64,000 nt of DNA from Chlamydiia bacterium (GCA_022601395.1 JAJACS010000003.1:43702-107701); one strand, 5' to 3'; positions 10,217-20,197 are shown, counted from the stretch's first letter. Numbers and translations are program-made. The notes: a model not told the origin generated them from the letters alone.

Positions 10217-11230
10217 TTACGGAGACTCTGGCTTACTGCTCTCCCATTCTTCGATGATATTCCCAGCTTTTTCATAGTCTAGGAATGAAGCAATTTTAAA
10301 AATTGGAAGACCTTCATGGATAAGCGGAGTTGTGTTGATCCCAACAACAATACCTTCTTGAGGAGCTCTTACTTTCTCTAAGAAATCAACTCCAAAGGGA
10401 TCTGTAATCCTTCCTATCACCTCCCCTTCTTTAATCGTCTGACCCAAGGTAACATCTGTGTGAAATACTCCTCCGAAGTGAGACAGAATCCAATCTTCAT
10501 CCTGGGAAAAAATAGGTTGTATTTCTTGCACTGGAGCTTTAGGAAGAATATCGACCGCTCTCATTACATTCAGGATGCCATTTACGCCTAATGTAATGGC
10601 GTTTTCATCAAAGCGCATCGCTTCACCTGCTTGATATACTAGAAGAGGAATTTGCAGAGCTTCTGTTGTTTGTCTCAGTTTGTGCTGTTTATGTGTTACG
10701 TTGGTCACTACTGGAGATTGAAAGGACTTGGCAAGTTGTTTTGTTCGAACATTGTCAAAATTGCAATAAACCTGCGGCAGAATGTTATGGTTGAGAGATC
10801 CTGTTTGAAGTTCTATACAGTAATCTGCTTTTTTCAAGATCTCTTCTGTAAAGAGATAGGCTATTCTTTCTCCAAAAGATCCATCAGGTGATCCAGGAAA
10901 ACAGTCCTCTAAATTCCCACCTGTTGGAAGTTGTGATGGGAAGTGAGTAAGGCCATAAACATTAATAGCTGGAACAGCAATCACCGTTCCTTTGATCTTG
11001 CTTGGGTCAATTTCCTGGATAGTGCGGTTCACTATCTCTAAGCCATTGAGTTCATTTCCCTTTAGAGTGGAAAATATCACGAGGCATGGACCTTTTTCTT
11101 TTCCATGAAACACTCTCATCGGCATGTAAAGCGGAGAACATGAATATCTTTCCGGAAAAGGCAAAGCTAGGTTGGCCACCTCACCAGGATGTACATAGGT
11201 GTCACAAATGGTTAGTTTATCGTTTTTCAT
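10217..11230 (-). CDS. AstE/AspA (succinylglutamate desuccinylase/aspartoacylase) family protein with atypical metal-site residues
   Basis: Family-like N-terminal segment LVIFSTLKGNELNG (canonical FGGTHGNELTG) and C-terminal hybrid-motif domain (GEVIGRITDPFG). The start is moved to the ATG at 11230, which follows AAGGAG by 6 nt. Confidence 0.65.
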   Translation of the reverse strand: MKNDKLTICDTYVHPGEVANLALPFPERYSCSPLYMPMRVFHGKEKGPCLVIFSTLKGNELNGLEIVNRTIQEIDPSKIKGTVIAVPAINVYGLTHFPSQLPTGGNLEDCFPGSPDGSFGERIAYLFTEEILKKADYCIELQTGSLNHNILPQVYCNFDNVRTKQLAKSFQSPVVTNVTHKQHKLRQTTEALQIPLLVYQAGEAMRFDENAITLGVNGILNVMRAVDILPKAPVQEIQPIFSQDEDWILSHFGGVFHTDVTLGQTIKEGEVIGRITDPFGVDFLEKVRAPQEGIVVGINTTPLIHEGLPIFKIASFLDYEKAGNIIEEWESSKPESP

Positions 11231-11231
11231 T

Positions 11232-12521
11232 TTAGACTCCTTTAGAATCATTATTTAATAAAGTATAGTCAACAGCCGACTTGCAGAAAGTTTCTTTCAA
11301 GAAAAAAACTGTCAGAATCAACCCTAAACAGGCTATTACTATCAGAGAGTAGAAAGCTTCTTGGTAGTTTTCTAGTGTGGCGTGCTTTGTTGTTTTAATC
11401 GAGTCAATGACAAAACCAATAGCTGGAGCATTGATGGAGGAAATCACTGTAATCATGGCGTTGTTTAGACCAAGGCCTATAGCTAGGTATCCAGATTTGA
11501 ACTGCTCAGCTATTATGGCAAATCCAACACTTTGACCGCTTGCTGCAATCCCTAGGAAAAAGAAAGAGCTGATCAGGATATATCTATCATTACCAAAAAT
11601 AATACCAGAAATCGCAATAACAGCAATGATTGCAGAGCTCATCATAATGCTTTTTCTACGCTGAAAAAAGTCAGATAAAAATCCAAGAAGTGGACATCCG
11701 ATAGCATAACCAAACCATGCAATGGTTAGCATATATGAAGAAAAGTGAGAGCTATGTCCTTTAAGACCTAAGAAAAGTTTACCTTCGTTTTCCGATAGAA
11801 ATTCAATAGAAAAATACACACAAGCAGAAAACAGAGCGATTACCCAAGGCTGCATTTGTAAAAATAGCTGTTTAATGTTTGCCTTTATTTGCTCGGGTCT
11901 GCGAAGAATTAAATACGACCCTTCACGTCGAGAATTGTTTTTAACAACAATAAGAATGACAAACGCTAGCAAAATGCCCGCTAGTCCTAGAATGAAAAAA
12001 ACCGTTCTCCAGCTTATTTCTGACCCTTCAGCAATAGCATTCACAGGACCTGCTGCAAGCATCGGACCTAAAGTCCCTACAAACTGAGACAGCCCAATTA
12101 ACAGTGCAATATTACGCTTTGGCATCCACTGATAGACAGCTACGAGTAAGCAAATAAAACCAAAGGAAGAGCCAAGGCCTGTCAACATTCTAAAAAAGAG
12201 TGCAGAATAGAAATTGTGGGTATAAGCAAAACCAATAGCTGAGAGTGAGCAAATTGCAGCTCCAACAAATAGAGATTTTTTTAGACCATAGCGGTCTACG
12301 ATCAATCCCACTGGAATTTGCATCAGACCATATATCAACAGATAGGTAGAGGTGCTTAGCAAGGAAAATTTAAAGGAAGAGAGGTTAAGGTCGAACATTA
12401 TAGGGTGTTGAAATGTTCCAATAATGGTCCGAAGTAAAAACTCATACAAAAAGAAGAGAGCGCAAACTCCCCACACAATAAAACCTTTAAGAGTGTATTT
12501 TTGACTTCGATCTACTGACAT
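11232..12521 (-). CDS. MFS transporter
   Basis: 429 aa, roughly 12 predicted TM helices, MFS loop motif GLIVDRYGLKK between TM2 and TM3. Confidence 0.8.
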   Translation of the reverse strand: MSVDRSQKYTLKGFIVWGVCALFFLYEFLLRTIIGTFQHPIMFDLNLSSFKFSLLSTSTYLLIYGLMQIPVGLIVDRYGLKKSLFVGAAICSLSAIGFAYTHNFYSALFFRMLTGLGSSFGFICLLVAVYQWMPKRNIALLIGLSQFVGTLGPMLAAGPVNAIAEGSEISWRTVFFILGLAGILLAFVILIVVKNNSRREGSYLILRRPEQIKANIKQLFLQMQPWVIALFSACVYFSIEFLSENEGKLFLGLKGHSSHFSSYMLTIAWFGYAIGCPLLGFLSDFFQRRKSIMMSSAIIAVIAISGIIFGNDRYILISSFFFLGIAASGQSVGFAIIAEQFKSGYLAIGLGLNNAMITVISSINAPAIGFVIDSIKTTKHATLENYQEAFYSLIVIACLGLILTVFFLKETFCKSAVDYTLLNNDSKGV

Positions 12522-12745
12522 AGTGCTTCTTAACTAACTTTATAACTAAAAAAAGAAAATATTCATTCTTTTTTAAATCACTCAGTATAGCAGATTTCAA
12601 TCGATCAATACATGAAATACTTAACTTTATCAGAATCTCTGAACTTTTTGGGAAACCTAACTTTTGTATTAAGAAAGGAAAAGTCAAAGACAAAAAATTT
12701 CATTTTCACATATGGTCCTTCAGTCTACAACATAAGGGGAATCAT

Positions 12746-13576
12746 ATGCCATATACTATCATCGAAGGGAAAAACTGTTCTTACCAAGATCTTGGAGAGG
12801 GATTTCCTATCCTTCTTGGTCATAGCTATTTATGGTCGTCTGAAATGTGGCAGCCCCAGCTAGAAGAGCTTTCAAAGGAATTTAGATGTATTGTACCTGA
12901 TTTGTGGGACCATGGTGAGTCTGATCATTTAACTGGATCAAGTACAACTGTTGAGTCACTTGCTAACCATACTTGGAAACTTATGGAGTCACTTGGGATT
13001 ACAGAGTTTGCTGTCGTTGGACTTTCTGTTGGTGGCATGTGGGGAGCTGAGCTTGCCTTAAATCACCCTGAATCTGTTAAAGCACTCGTTCTCATGAATA
13101 CTTTTTTAGGCAGCGAGCCTGAGATCACGCAAAAGAAATATTTTGCTTTGCTAGATATGATCGAAAAGGAAAAAGGATTTTCAGAGCCCCTTCTTAATCA
13201 AATTGTCCCTTTATTCTTTTCCCCTGCTACAGCAACTATTAACCCAAAGTTAATGGAAGACTTTAAAACTTCATTAAGGGAAATCAAAGAAGAAAACATA
13301 CCTGGCATCGTTACTATTGGAAGAGCTATTTTTTCACGAGAGTGTAAATTAGACAAACTTACCACTCTTAAACAACCGACCCTTATACTTGTTGGAGAAG
13401 ATGATATCCCTCGCCCTCCTAGGGAGTCTCAAGAAATGGCATCTCGCATTCCTGGGTCTCTGATTCACGTCATTGAAAAAGCTGGGCATATTAGCAATTT
13501 AGAACAACCTGAAGTGGTTAGTACGCTTTTGAAAAACTTTATTAAAAAAGCTGTCTATGCAACGAATTCCGCGTAA
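12746..13576 (+). CDS. alpha/beta-fold hydrolase
   Basis: 276 aa. HG oxyanion motif (LLGHSYL), nucleophile elbow GLSVGG, C-terminal GH (EKAGHISNLEQP). Confidence 0.8.
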   Translation: MPYTIIEGKNCSYQDLGEGFPILLGHSYLWSSEMWQPQLEELSKEFRCIVPDLWDHGESDHLTGSSTTVESLANHTWKLMESLGITEFAVVGLSVGGMWGAELALNHPESVKALVLMNTFLGSEPEITQKKYFALLDMIEKEKGFSEPLLNQIVPLFFSPATATINPKLMEDFKTSLREIKEENIPGIVTIGRAIFSRECKLDKLTTLKQPTLILVGEDDIPRPPRESQEMASRIPGSLIHVIEKAGHISNLEQPEVVSTLLKNFIKKAVYATNSA

Positions 13577-13615
13577 GTACATAGAGGAGCTTTTCACCTC
13601 CTCTACATAGACAGA

Positions 13616-14230
13616 TTATAGCTTTATGTAGCCTGAAATTGCTGATACAATCCCTGCAACTCCGATTAAAGAGATTACTCCACCCATAACACTGATAAAG
13701 AATTTACGTCTTTTCTGCAGAAAAGGCAAAAATTTGGGATGGGTAATCAAATAGGACAAAAAGGAAAAGTATACGATTGCTAAGACTGGAATACTCATAC
13801 CAAAAGCAAATTTTGATGCGACTGTTGTCATGGACTGAGCAAAAATCCCAAAAAGACTAAGAAGAAAAACTGTAGCTTTTGGATTTAGAAGGTTACAAAG
13901 AAAGCCTGCCGCAAAGGCATTTTTAATTTTAATTTCCTTTTGATCATCATCTTTGCCAGCAGAAAGTATCGACTTGATACCTAAGTAGGAAAGATATACT
14001 CCCCCAAGAAATTTAATCAAAAGAAGAGCTCGTGGAGAAGAATTTAAAAAAAGGGCAATTCCGGTAACGCAGTAAAGAACATGAATTATCAATGCTGCAG
14101 CGACGCCGCAGGAAGCAAAAAAAGCCGCTTTTCTAGAAGCCTTTAACCCATACTGCGTTACAATAGCAAAATCAGGGCCGGGGCTTATCATGGCAAGAAA
14201 GTTCAAAAAAACAAATGAAAGAAAATCCAT
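13616..14230 (-). CDS. LysE/RhtB-family exporter
   Basis: 204 aa, 5-6 TM helices. The N-terminal ISPGPDF motif is typical of LysE translocators. Confidence 0.75.
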   Translation of the reverse strand: MDFLSFVFLNFLAMISPGPDFAIVTQYGLKASRKAAFFASCGVAAALIIHVLYCVTGIALFLNSSPRALLLIKFLGGVYLSYLGIKSILSAGKDDDQKEIKIKNAFAAGFLCNLLNPKATVFLLSLFGIFAQSMTTVASKFAFGMSIPVLAIVYFSFLSYLITHPKFLPFLQKRRKFFISVMGGVISLIGVAGIVSAISGYIKL

Positions 14231-14326
14231 AATCTACCAATATTTATAAATGACTAGGGGCTATAATAACGCACCTATGAAAAATAGTGCAATTTTCTTA
14301 ACTAAATATCCAATCTAGAGGTTTTG

Positions 14327-14953
14327 ATGCTAACTCTATCTATGTACCTTGCAGGTACAATCAAAAAAGACAACGAAGATCCAAACGAGTCATTCTGGAC
14401 TGAGGCTAACTTAAAAGAGATCGAAGCAACTCTTGCACCTAATAAAACACTTTTTTTAAACCCTGCGCATAGAACAGACGATCTTAGCGATAACCACTCG
14501 GTATTTGGTAGAGATATGCTACAGGTATTTTCTTCAAATTTTGTTTTTGTTGATGCAAGAGCTAGAAGAGGTCTTGGTGTTGGAGCAGAAATGATGTGGG
14601 CAAAGATGAACAAAGTTCCGGTTGTGACATGGGCCCCAATCGACACCCATTACAAAAGAGCTAATGCCAGCGTATTAAATGTAACTATTGAGAATTATAT
14701 ACACCCTTTTGTTTTATCGTTAAGTGATGTGATTGTGTCTTCACCAAAAGAGGGTGCTTTATGGATGAAGCAATACTTGGATGATCCATCAAGTTTTGAA
14801 ATTAAAGATGCTGATCATGTTAAATCCGCAATGAAACACTATAAGGCAAGCCAGTTGGAAGTAGATCTTCCTATGCAAAGCCTTATGAATTCATGTGAAA
14901 GCTTTAAAAATAGAGTTGAAAGCTTATCTCAGGCAGAAACCATCACAAGCTAA
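14327..14953 (+). CDS. nucleoside 2-deoxyribosyltransferase-like superfamily protein
   Basis: N-terminal YLAGTI strand, a later D (FGRDM) and GVGAEMMWA match the flavodoxin-like NDT/PfPdt layout (YLAG...D...G...E..A). ATG at 14327, directly after a TTG at 14324. Confidence 0.45.
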   Translation: MLTLSMYLAGTIKKDNEDPNESFWTEANLKEIEATLAPNKTLFLNPAHRTDDLSDNHSVFGRDMLQVFSSNFVFVDARARRGLGVGAEMMWAKMNKVPVVTWAPIDTHYKRANASVLNVTIENYIHPFVLSLSDVIVSSPKEGALWMKQYLDDPSSFEIKDADHVKSAMKHYKASQLEVDLPMQSLMNSCESFKNRVESLSQAETITS

Positions 14954-14966
14954 TAAGGAGCTCGAA

Positions 14967-15425
14967 ATGACTGAATTTGAAATTAAAAAGAAAAACTCCA
15001 TGATGGTTGTAGGCATCGAGCTTAGAACTTCAAATGAACCTGATGCTGGCCCTGTTGAAATCCCGCAGCACTGGGAAAAGTTCTATAAAAACAACATCAT
15101 GGAGAAGATCCCTAATAAATCTGCCAATGAAGTTGTAGCTTTGTACTGTGATTATGAAGGCGATCATACAAAACCCTACTCTCTTGTAATTGGCTGCCCA
15201 GTTTCATCTATTGACCACATCCCAGAGGGAATGGTTGCAAAGATTATTCCTGAAACATCTTATGCTGTTTTTGATGTTTCTGGAGAATTTCCAAAAAGTC
15301 TTGTTGAAACCTGGGGCAAAATATGGAGAACAAAACTCGATAGAACTTTCTCTTACGACTTTGAGCTATATGGAAGTGAATTTGGATCTACTCAAAAGCT
15401 AGACGTTTATATAGCTGTTAAGTAA
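14967..15425 (+). CDS. GyrI-like (AraC effector-binding type) small-molecule-binding protein
   Basis: Start chosen at an ATG 6 nt after AAGGAG (14955-14960). The pattern MVVGIELRTSN...IPQHWEKF...YCDYEG...FELY is typical of GyrI-like/Cass2 domains. It lies 13 nt after the preceding gene. Confidence 0.65.
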   Translation: MTEFEIKKKNSMMVVGIELRTSNEPDAGPVEIPQHWEKFYKNNIMEKIPNKSANEVVALYCDYEGDHTKPYSLVIGCPVSSIDHIPEGMVAKIIPETSYAVFDVSGEFPKSLVETWGKIWRTKLDRTFSYDFELYGSEFGSTQKLDVYIAVK

Positions 15426-15431
15426 CAAACC

Positions 15432-15464
15432 AAACGTAAAGGCAGCATAGCTGCCTTTACGTTT
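15432..15464. terminator. bidirectional hairpin between convergent genes
   Basis: Perfect 15-bp stem AAACGTAAAGGCAGC / GCTGCCTTTACGTTT with a 3-nt loop, lying between the stops at 15425 (+) and 15486 (-). Confidence 0.7.
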
Positions 15465-15485
15465 GTGTTATAAGACTTATCCTAT

Positions 15486-16028
15486 CTATACCTTAATACA
15501 ACCTAGTTCACCGCATACAAAGGCTGTCGCATCAGGAATTTTAGAAAACACTGATAGTGCAACACTTTTGCAAGCATCAGAGCAAACCCCAGCCGCATCT
15601 AGTATACCACAATTATATGAAAAAGAGGGTGATGCAGTTTTGCCCAAAGCCACTACATCAGCAGCAGCTTGCTGAGCTGCGCTTAACACAGACGCTGTCG
15701 CCTCTGGCAGCTTTTCTGCCACATGGTTTGCGACATTCATACAAGGTTTTAGAGCTTCAGGTAGTTTCTCTACGGCTTGCCCTGCCATAGTAATCACTGG
15801 CTTTACTGCCTCAGGAAGATCTTGAACTACTTTTGAGACATTTGCAGACAACGCCTCATGACATGCTTTAAATGCTGCATCAGTAAGGTTTGTTAAATGA
15901 GGCATAGCAGCATTTATTAAAGCCTCTGGACCGCCACAGTATACCGTAGCAGCTCCTATAGCTACTGTTGTGGTTACTAATGCCATTTTCGTTCCGCTTA
16001 CCTGTCCAATACAAGGTACGTGTACCAT
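15486..16028 (-). CDS. hypothetical Ala/Cys-rich protein with LPEA repeats
   Basis: 180-aa ORF whose ATG at 16028 follows AGGAG by 7 nt. Three (D/K)LPEA(V/L/T) repeats and at least 10 Cys. No family recognised. Confidence 0.5.
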   Translation of the reverse strand: MVHVPCIGQVSGTKMALVTTTVAIGAATVYCGGPEALINAAMPHLTNLTDAAFKACHEALSANVSKVVQDLPEAVKPVITMAGQAVEKLPEALKPCMNVANHVAEKLPEATASVLSAAQQAAADVVALGKTASPSFSYNCGILDAAGVCSDACKSVALSVFSKIPDATAFVCGELGCIKV

Positions 16029-16142
16029 AATAAATCTCCTGTTTAATTTTGAAAAAAGCGCAGAAGGTTTACAAAATCTTTATACTTTTTAGCAATACAT
16101 TTATTAAAATTAAGAGCGGGAATAAAGAAGCTCTATAGAAGT

Positions 16143-16607
16143 TTAGATTTTCTTAGAAGTGTACCTAAGACAGATTTCCTGATCTTTGGATGGTCCTAGA
16201 ATTTTCCAACCAAGAAAGAGAGAGTCATCTTTAACAGACATTTTAGCTACGTAGCAATCTTTGTTGCATAGGTGAGGTTCTTTAGTAGATAAAAGATTGG
16301 TATCTTTAGAAAAAAGCTCTACAAGAAATTTTGGCGAATGTTTCTCATACCTTAAATGAGAGACAAAGAGAGAAGAATCTTTTAATACGAACTGGACTCT
16401 ATTAGTAAAAGAGATCTTTTCTTTTCCTTTCTGCCAGTAACCTCTTTCAAGAAGTACGATTTCATTTTGTACACTTCTTTCCTTTAGAACGGATACCTCA
16501 GCGTAACCTATGCAGTCTTGTCCTTTTAGATCTTTAACATGGATATAAAGATACGCCGCTTTTTGAAGCTTATCAAAACATTCTTTTGCAAAGGTTATTG
16601 TCTTCAT
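16143..16607 (-). CDS. hypothetical protein
   Basis: The ORF is open to a TTG at 16667, but the first ATG (16607, MKTITFAKE) is the more plausible start. No motif recognised with confidence. Confidence 0.45.
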   Translation of the reverse strand: MKTITFAKECFDKLQKAAYLYIHVKDLKGQDCIGYAEVSVLKERSVQNEIVLLERGYWQKGKEKISFTNRVQFVLKDSSLFVSHLRYEKHSPKFLVELFSKDTNLLSTKEPHLCNKDCYVAKMSVKDDSLFLGWKILGPSKDQEICLRYTSKKI

Positions 16608-16702
16608 AAAAAAACCGTTATCATTCCACCTATTAATCAGAAAGAGAGTATTATATTTCTTCTTCAATCATTGTACCAAAAACTACCTAAAAGGAGAACA
16701 AA

Positions 16703-17545
16703 ATGAGCTTTTTCAAAAAAAAACTATTGCCAGCATCTACCTTTCTTTTAGGTATCTTTGCAACCAGCCTCCTGCCTGCTGAGATCAGCATGTCAAAAAA
16801 CATGAATGATCTTGAGTATCACTTAGAAAATGCCTGCGAAAACACTCTGATTGTCTTTGATATAGACAATACACTTATTGTCCCAGAAACAGCAGCATTC
16901 CAAATCCCCAACGTAAAGCCTAGAAAAAAACTTTTAAAGCATATTGTTCCAAGCTGGACAGAGAACGAACTTGGAATAGCTATTAGTCTCATGGGTCTTG
17001 AGGGCATGGGTATACTTCTTGATAAGAGCACCCCAGAGCTTATACAGAGACTTCAAAAGAAAGGGGTTAGATGTATAGCTTTAACAGCTCTAAACACAGG
17101 TCTGTATGAAGGCTACAAAGACATTTTTGCACATAGAGCAAATCAGTTAAAAAAGCATGGAATAGACTTTTCAGACTCTGCTCCTCACACTGAGTACACT
17201 GTGTTCAACCAATTAACTAAAGAAGTTGGATGCTACCCTGCTGCAAGAGATGGGATCGTGATGTCAAATGGGGAGAAGAACGAAAAAGGCCATGTGTTGC
17301 TTGCCTATCTTGATAGAGCAAACTGGTCCCCTGAATTTGTTGTCTTTGTTGATGATAAAAAAAGCCATGTAGAAAACATGTCTTCTATTCTCAATGAAAA
17401 AGGAATCAAAAATACATGTGTTCATTTTGAGAAAATCAAAGATTTTGAACCATCGCCTATTAACGAGGAAGAGTTCGTTAAAACTTGGGAGCTTCTAGGT
17501 GAAAAAGCGAAAGCAACCCTTAAAGCAAGAGATGCTATAAACTAG
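16703..17545 (+). CDS. secreted HAD-superfamily-like protein (DUF2608-like)
   Basis: Signal peptide (LLPASTFLLGIFATSLLPA), HAD motif I VFDIDNTL, late VFVDDKKSHV motif. AAGGAG lies 7 nt upstream of the ATG. Confidence 0.6.
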   Translation: MSFFKKKLLPASTFLLGIFATSLLPAEISMSKNMNDLEYHLENACENTLIVFDIDNTLIVPETAAFQIPNVKPRKKLLKHIVPSWTENELGIAISLMGLEGMGILLDKSTPELIQRLQKKGVRCIALTALNTGLYEGYKDIFAHRANQLKKHGIDFSDSAPHTEYTVFNQLTKEVGCYPAARDGIVMSNGEKNEKGHVLLAYLDRANWSPEFVVFVDDKKSHVENMSSILNEKGIKNTCVHFEKIKDFEPSPINEEEFVKTWELLGEKAKATLKARDAIN

Positions 17546-18662
17546 AAATCACACTCTTGACCTTGTCATAAGAAGAATGAAGCCAAGCTGAAATCCTTGA
17601 TTTTGAGCTTGGTGATTCATTGATCTTTGTGCCTCTCATCGGAAACACCTTTTCCTTAGAGCCAAGTGTTGCAAATTCTCTACGAAGATTTACTTCTCTA
17701 ATATTTAAATCTTCGTAGGTACGGAAATAGTACTTTAAGTTTTTGAGATCTTTCACAACGGACCACTGGGTGTAGTCAAAGTGTTTTCCATCTCTTGTAC
17801 GGATTACACCATAAGGAACATCCACATGATTCAGCATATGAAACGCTAAGTTAACATTTTCTTTTGCAGAATTTGTAGGAAGGACACTATTTTTAATAAT
17901 TGCTGTTCTTACATACCTTGAAACAGAGGTCCAGTCACCAGGCATTCCCTGAAGTCCACTCCCCTGACCTTGAGCAGCAATCACAGATCCATCTAAATTC
18001 ACAGGAGCTGAGTTGATAGCTGAAAGATTCACATAGTTTCTTAGATTGATTTCATGCCATTCTAAATACGGGTTGTTTGTAAGAACCCCAATGGGATTGT
18101 CTTTAACAGTCATCTCATGATCAATGAACTCAATCACAATACTCTTTCCAAATTTATCATGAACAGTAAGGTGAATTGCAGGGATTCCTCCTAACTCAGG
18201 AATAACATGCGCCCAAAGTCTTACCTCTTTTAAGCCTTGCTTCAGCTCATCAATACTCGCAAAAGACGACAATATCCAACTTGGGAAGTCTTGAAATGCA
18301 AGTGTATGGGCATAATCTCTTGGCTCAAGTTTTTGATATTCTGCTCCTTCATACCAAAGGACACCAAGAGTTAGACCCTTTTCATTGAGTCCATCAGAAA
18401 CTATGTTAGATTCAAAAACTGTAATGCCTGCGTAGTTGTATTTACTGCGGTAAGTAAGTCCTGGTTGGTTATTCCGAAGAAGGCTAGTAAATCTTTTTCC
18501 CTTAGGGAATAAAACCATTTCCGATTCTAGAAAAAAACCAAAGTCCATTGTTCTTCCATTAACTATATTGTCATGAGAATTGACAAGAAGAAAGTCAGTA
18601 CAACCATAAACACCCTGAGAAAAACAAAGTGCACAAAAAATAATCATGGAAAAACAACGCAT
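17535..18662 (-). CDS. choloylglycine hydrolase / penicillin V acylase family Ntn-hydrolase
   Basis: A signal peptide ends directly before CTDFLL, which is the N-terminal nucleophile Cys context of this family. 375 aa. Confidence 0.8.
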   Translation of the reverse strand: MRCFSMIIFCALCFSQGVYGCTDFLLVNSHDNIVNGRTMDFGFFLESEMVLFPKGKRFTSLLRNNQPGLTYRSKYNYAGITVFESNIVSDGLNEKGLTLGVLWYEGAEYQKLEPRDYAHTLAFQDFPSWILSSFASIDELKQGLKEVRLWAHVIPELGGIPAIHLTVHDKFGKSIVIEFIDHEMTVKDNPIGVLTNNPYLEWHEINLRNYVNLSAINSAPVNLDGSVIAAQGQGSGLQGMPGDWTSVSRYVRTAIIKNSVLPTNSAKENVNLAFHMLNHVDVPYGVIRTRDGKHFDYTQWSVVKDLKNLKYYFRTYEDLNIREVNLRREFATLGSKEKVFPMRGTKINESPSSKSRISAWLHSSYDKVKSVISSL

Positions 18663-18825
18663 AAAAAAACTCCTTTTATCTAATTATTTCTATATCAAAT
18701 AGGCAAATGCAATGAAACCCTCTTCTTTTACTCTCATGCCTATGCTTTGTCTATTTAGAAATTCCTTTTCAATTTTAAAAAAAATCTGTATGAGTCTTTA
18801 GAGGATTAAAAAGAGAGAACGCTTT

Positions 18826-20112
18826 ATGGAAAACCAAAATGAAAGTAAGCAAAGATCTATTTCAATAAAGGAGATGTCCCCTCTTCTCATGGCTATAGGG
18901 ATCGATTTAATGGGATTTGCTCTCGTTTTTCCTGTGCTTACAGCTATGATTACATCAGCAGATTCTATTGTTCCTAACGCCTCCCACGCCTACAAGTCTA
19001 TGCTGCTTAGTTTTGGGTATTTTCTATATCCTCTTTTCATGCTTTTTGGAGCTTCATTTCTTGGAGATTTATCTGATAACTGGGGAAGAAAGAGAACATT
19101 AAGTGCTTGCATGATTGGCATATGTGTAAGTTTCTTTCTTATGACATTAGGGGTTTATATAAAGATCCTTAGTATCTTCATGATCGGAAGAGCATTTTCT
19201 GGTCTTATGGCAGGCTCTCAGCCAGTAGCACAAGCTACGGTTGCTGATTTAAGCCAAGGAACCGCTAAAGCAAGAAACATGAGTATTTTAGCTTTTGTCA
19301 ATTCTATTAGTTTTATGATTGCTCCTTTAATTGGAGGGATACTGTCTGATCCAAAAGTAGTTCCTTTTTTCGGATTTTGGACACCTTTCTTATTTGCCTC
19401 TTTGCTTGGACTAATCACCTATTTTTGGGTCCAGTTTGGATTTACAGAAAGCTTTCAAGCAAAAAAGGCTCCTATTGACTGGACAAGACCTGTCCGTGTG
19501 TTTAAAGAAGCTTACCAAATGAAGAATGTAAGACTGATTAGCTTTGCATTCTTAGTCGTTCAGCTTGGGATCGCTCTTTTTCTACAGTATATGGTCATCT
19601 TTCTTAACGACAAATATCACTACAGCTCACTTGTTATGGGGCTCTATTATGGCTATATAGGAATCTTCTTTTCGCTGAGCTTACTTGTTATTGTTCCTAT
19701 ACTTGTCAAAAGATTCACATTTGAAAAATTGGTCATGTGGAGCTTGCTTTGCACAGGACTCATCATTCTTGCAGCGATTATCTATCAAAAAGAGGTCTTT
19801 ATCTGGGTTATGACGGCTCTTTTTGGACTGAGTCACAACATTGCCTATGCAGTACTAATGACCACTTTTTCAAACCAAGTTTCTCAGGATAAGCAAGGAT
19901 GGGTCATGGGTATTTATGGATCTTGTATCGCTCTTGGATTTGCCCTTGGAGGATTGACAGCTCTTCTTCTACCTGTGTTTCATACCTTAGGTCTAATATT
20001 TCTTGGTGCCTGCTGCTATTTTGCAAGCTTTATCCTTATGGCAATTTTTATAAAAAATCACACTTTATATGGTCCAAACGGACCCATCCCGAAAAAGAAT
20101 AAAACTGAATAG
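18826..20112 (+). CDS. MFS transporter (DHA1/TetA-like)
   Basis: 428 aa, roughly 12 TM helices, motif A GDLSDNWGRKR. Confidence 0.8.
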   Translation: MENQNESKQRSISIKEMSPLLMAIGIDLMGFALVFPVLTAMITSADSIVPNASHAYKSMLLSFGYFLYPLFMLFGASFLGDLSDNWGRKRTLSACMIGICVSFFLMTLGVYIKILSIFMIGRAFSGLMAGSQPVAQATVADLSQGTAKARNMSILAFVNSISFMIAPLIGGILSDPKVVPFFGFWTPFLFASLLGLITYFWVQFGFTESFQAKKAPIDWTRPVRVFKEAYQMKNVRLISFAFLVVQLGIALFLQYMVIFLNDKYHYSSLVMGLYYGYIGIFFSLSLLVIVPILVKRFTFEKLVMWSLLCTGLIILAAIIYQKEVFIWVMTALFGLSHNIAYAVLMTTFSNQVSQDKQGWVMGIYGSCIALGFALGGLTALLLPVFHTLGLIFLGACCYFASFILMAIFIKNHTLYGPNGPIPKKNKTE

Positions 20113-20197
20113 AATTTTCTTTATTTAGATTCTTCGTGACTCTTTGTTAAATACGTTCTATAATCCCTATAAATTCTTAACAATAAGGAGTTTTCTT

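Noticed and set aside
12487-12863. Small ORFs (68 and 83 aa) in the MFS / alpha-beta hydrolase divergent intergenic region
   Set aside because: They overlap the 5' ends of both well-supported genes in other frames and have no RBS.
14302-14646. 114-aa minus-strand ORF
   Set aside because: It is fully antisense to the NDT-like gene, which has the better start context and a recognisable domain pattern.
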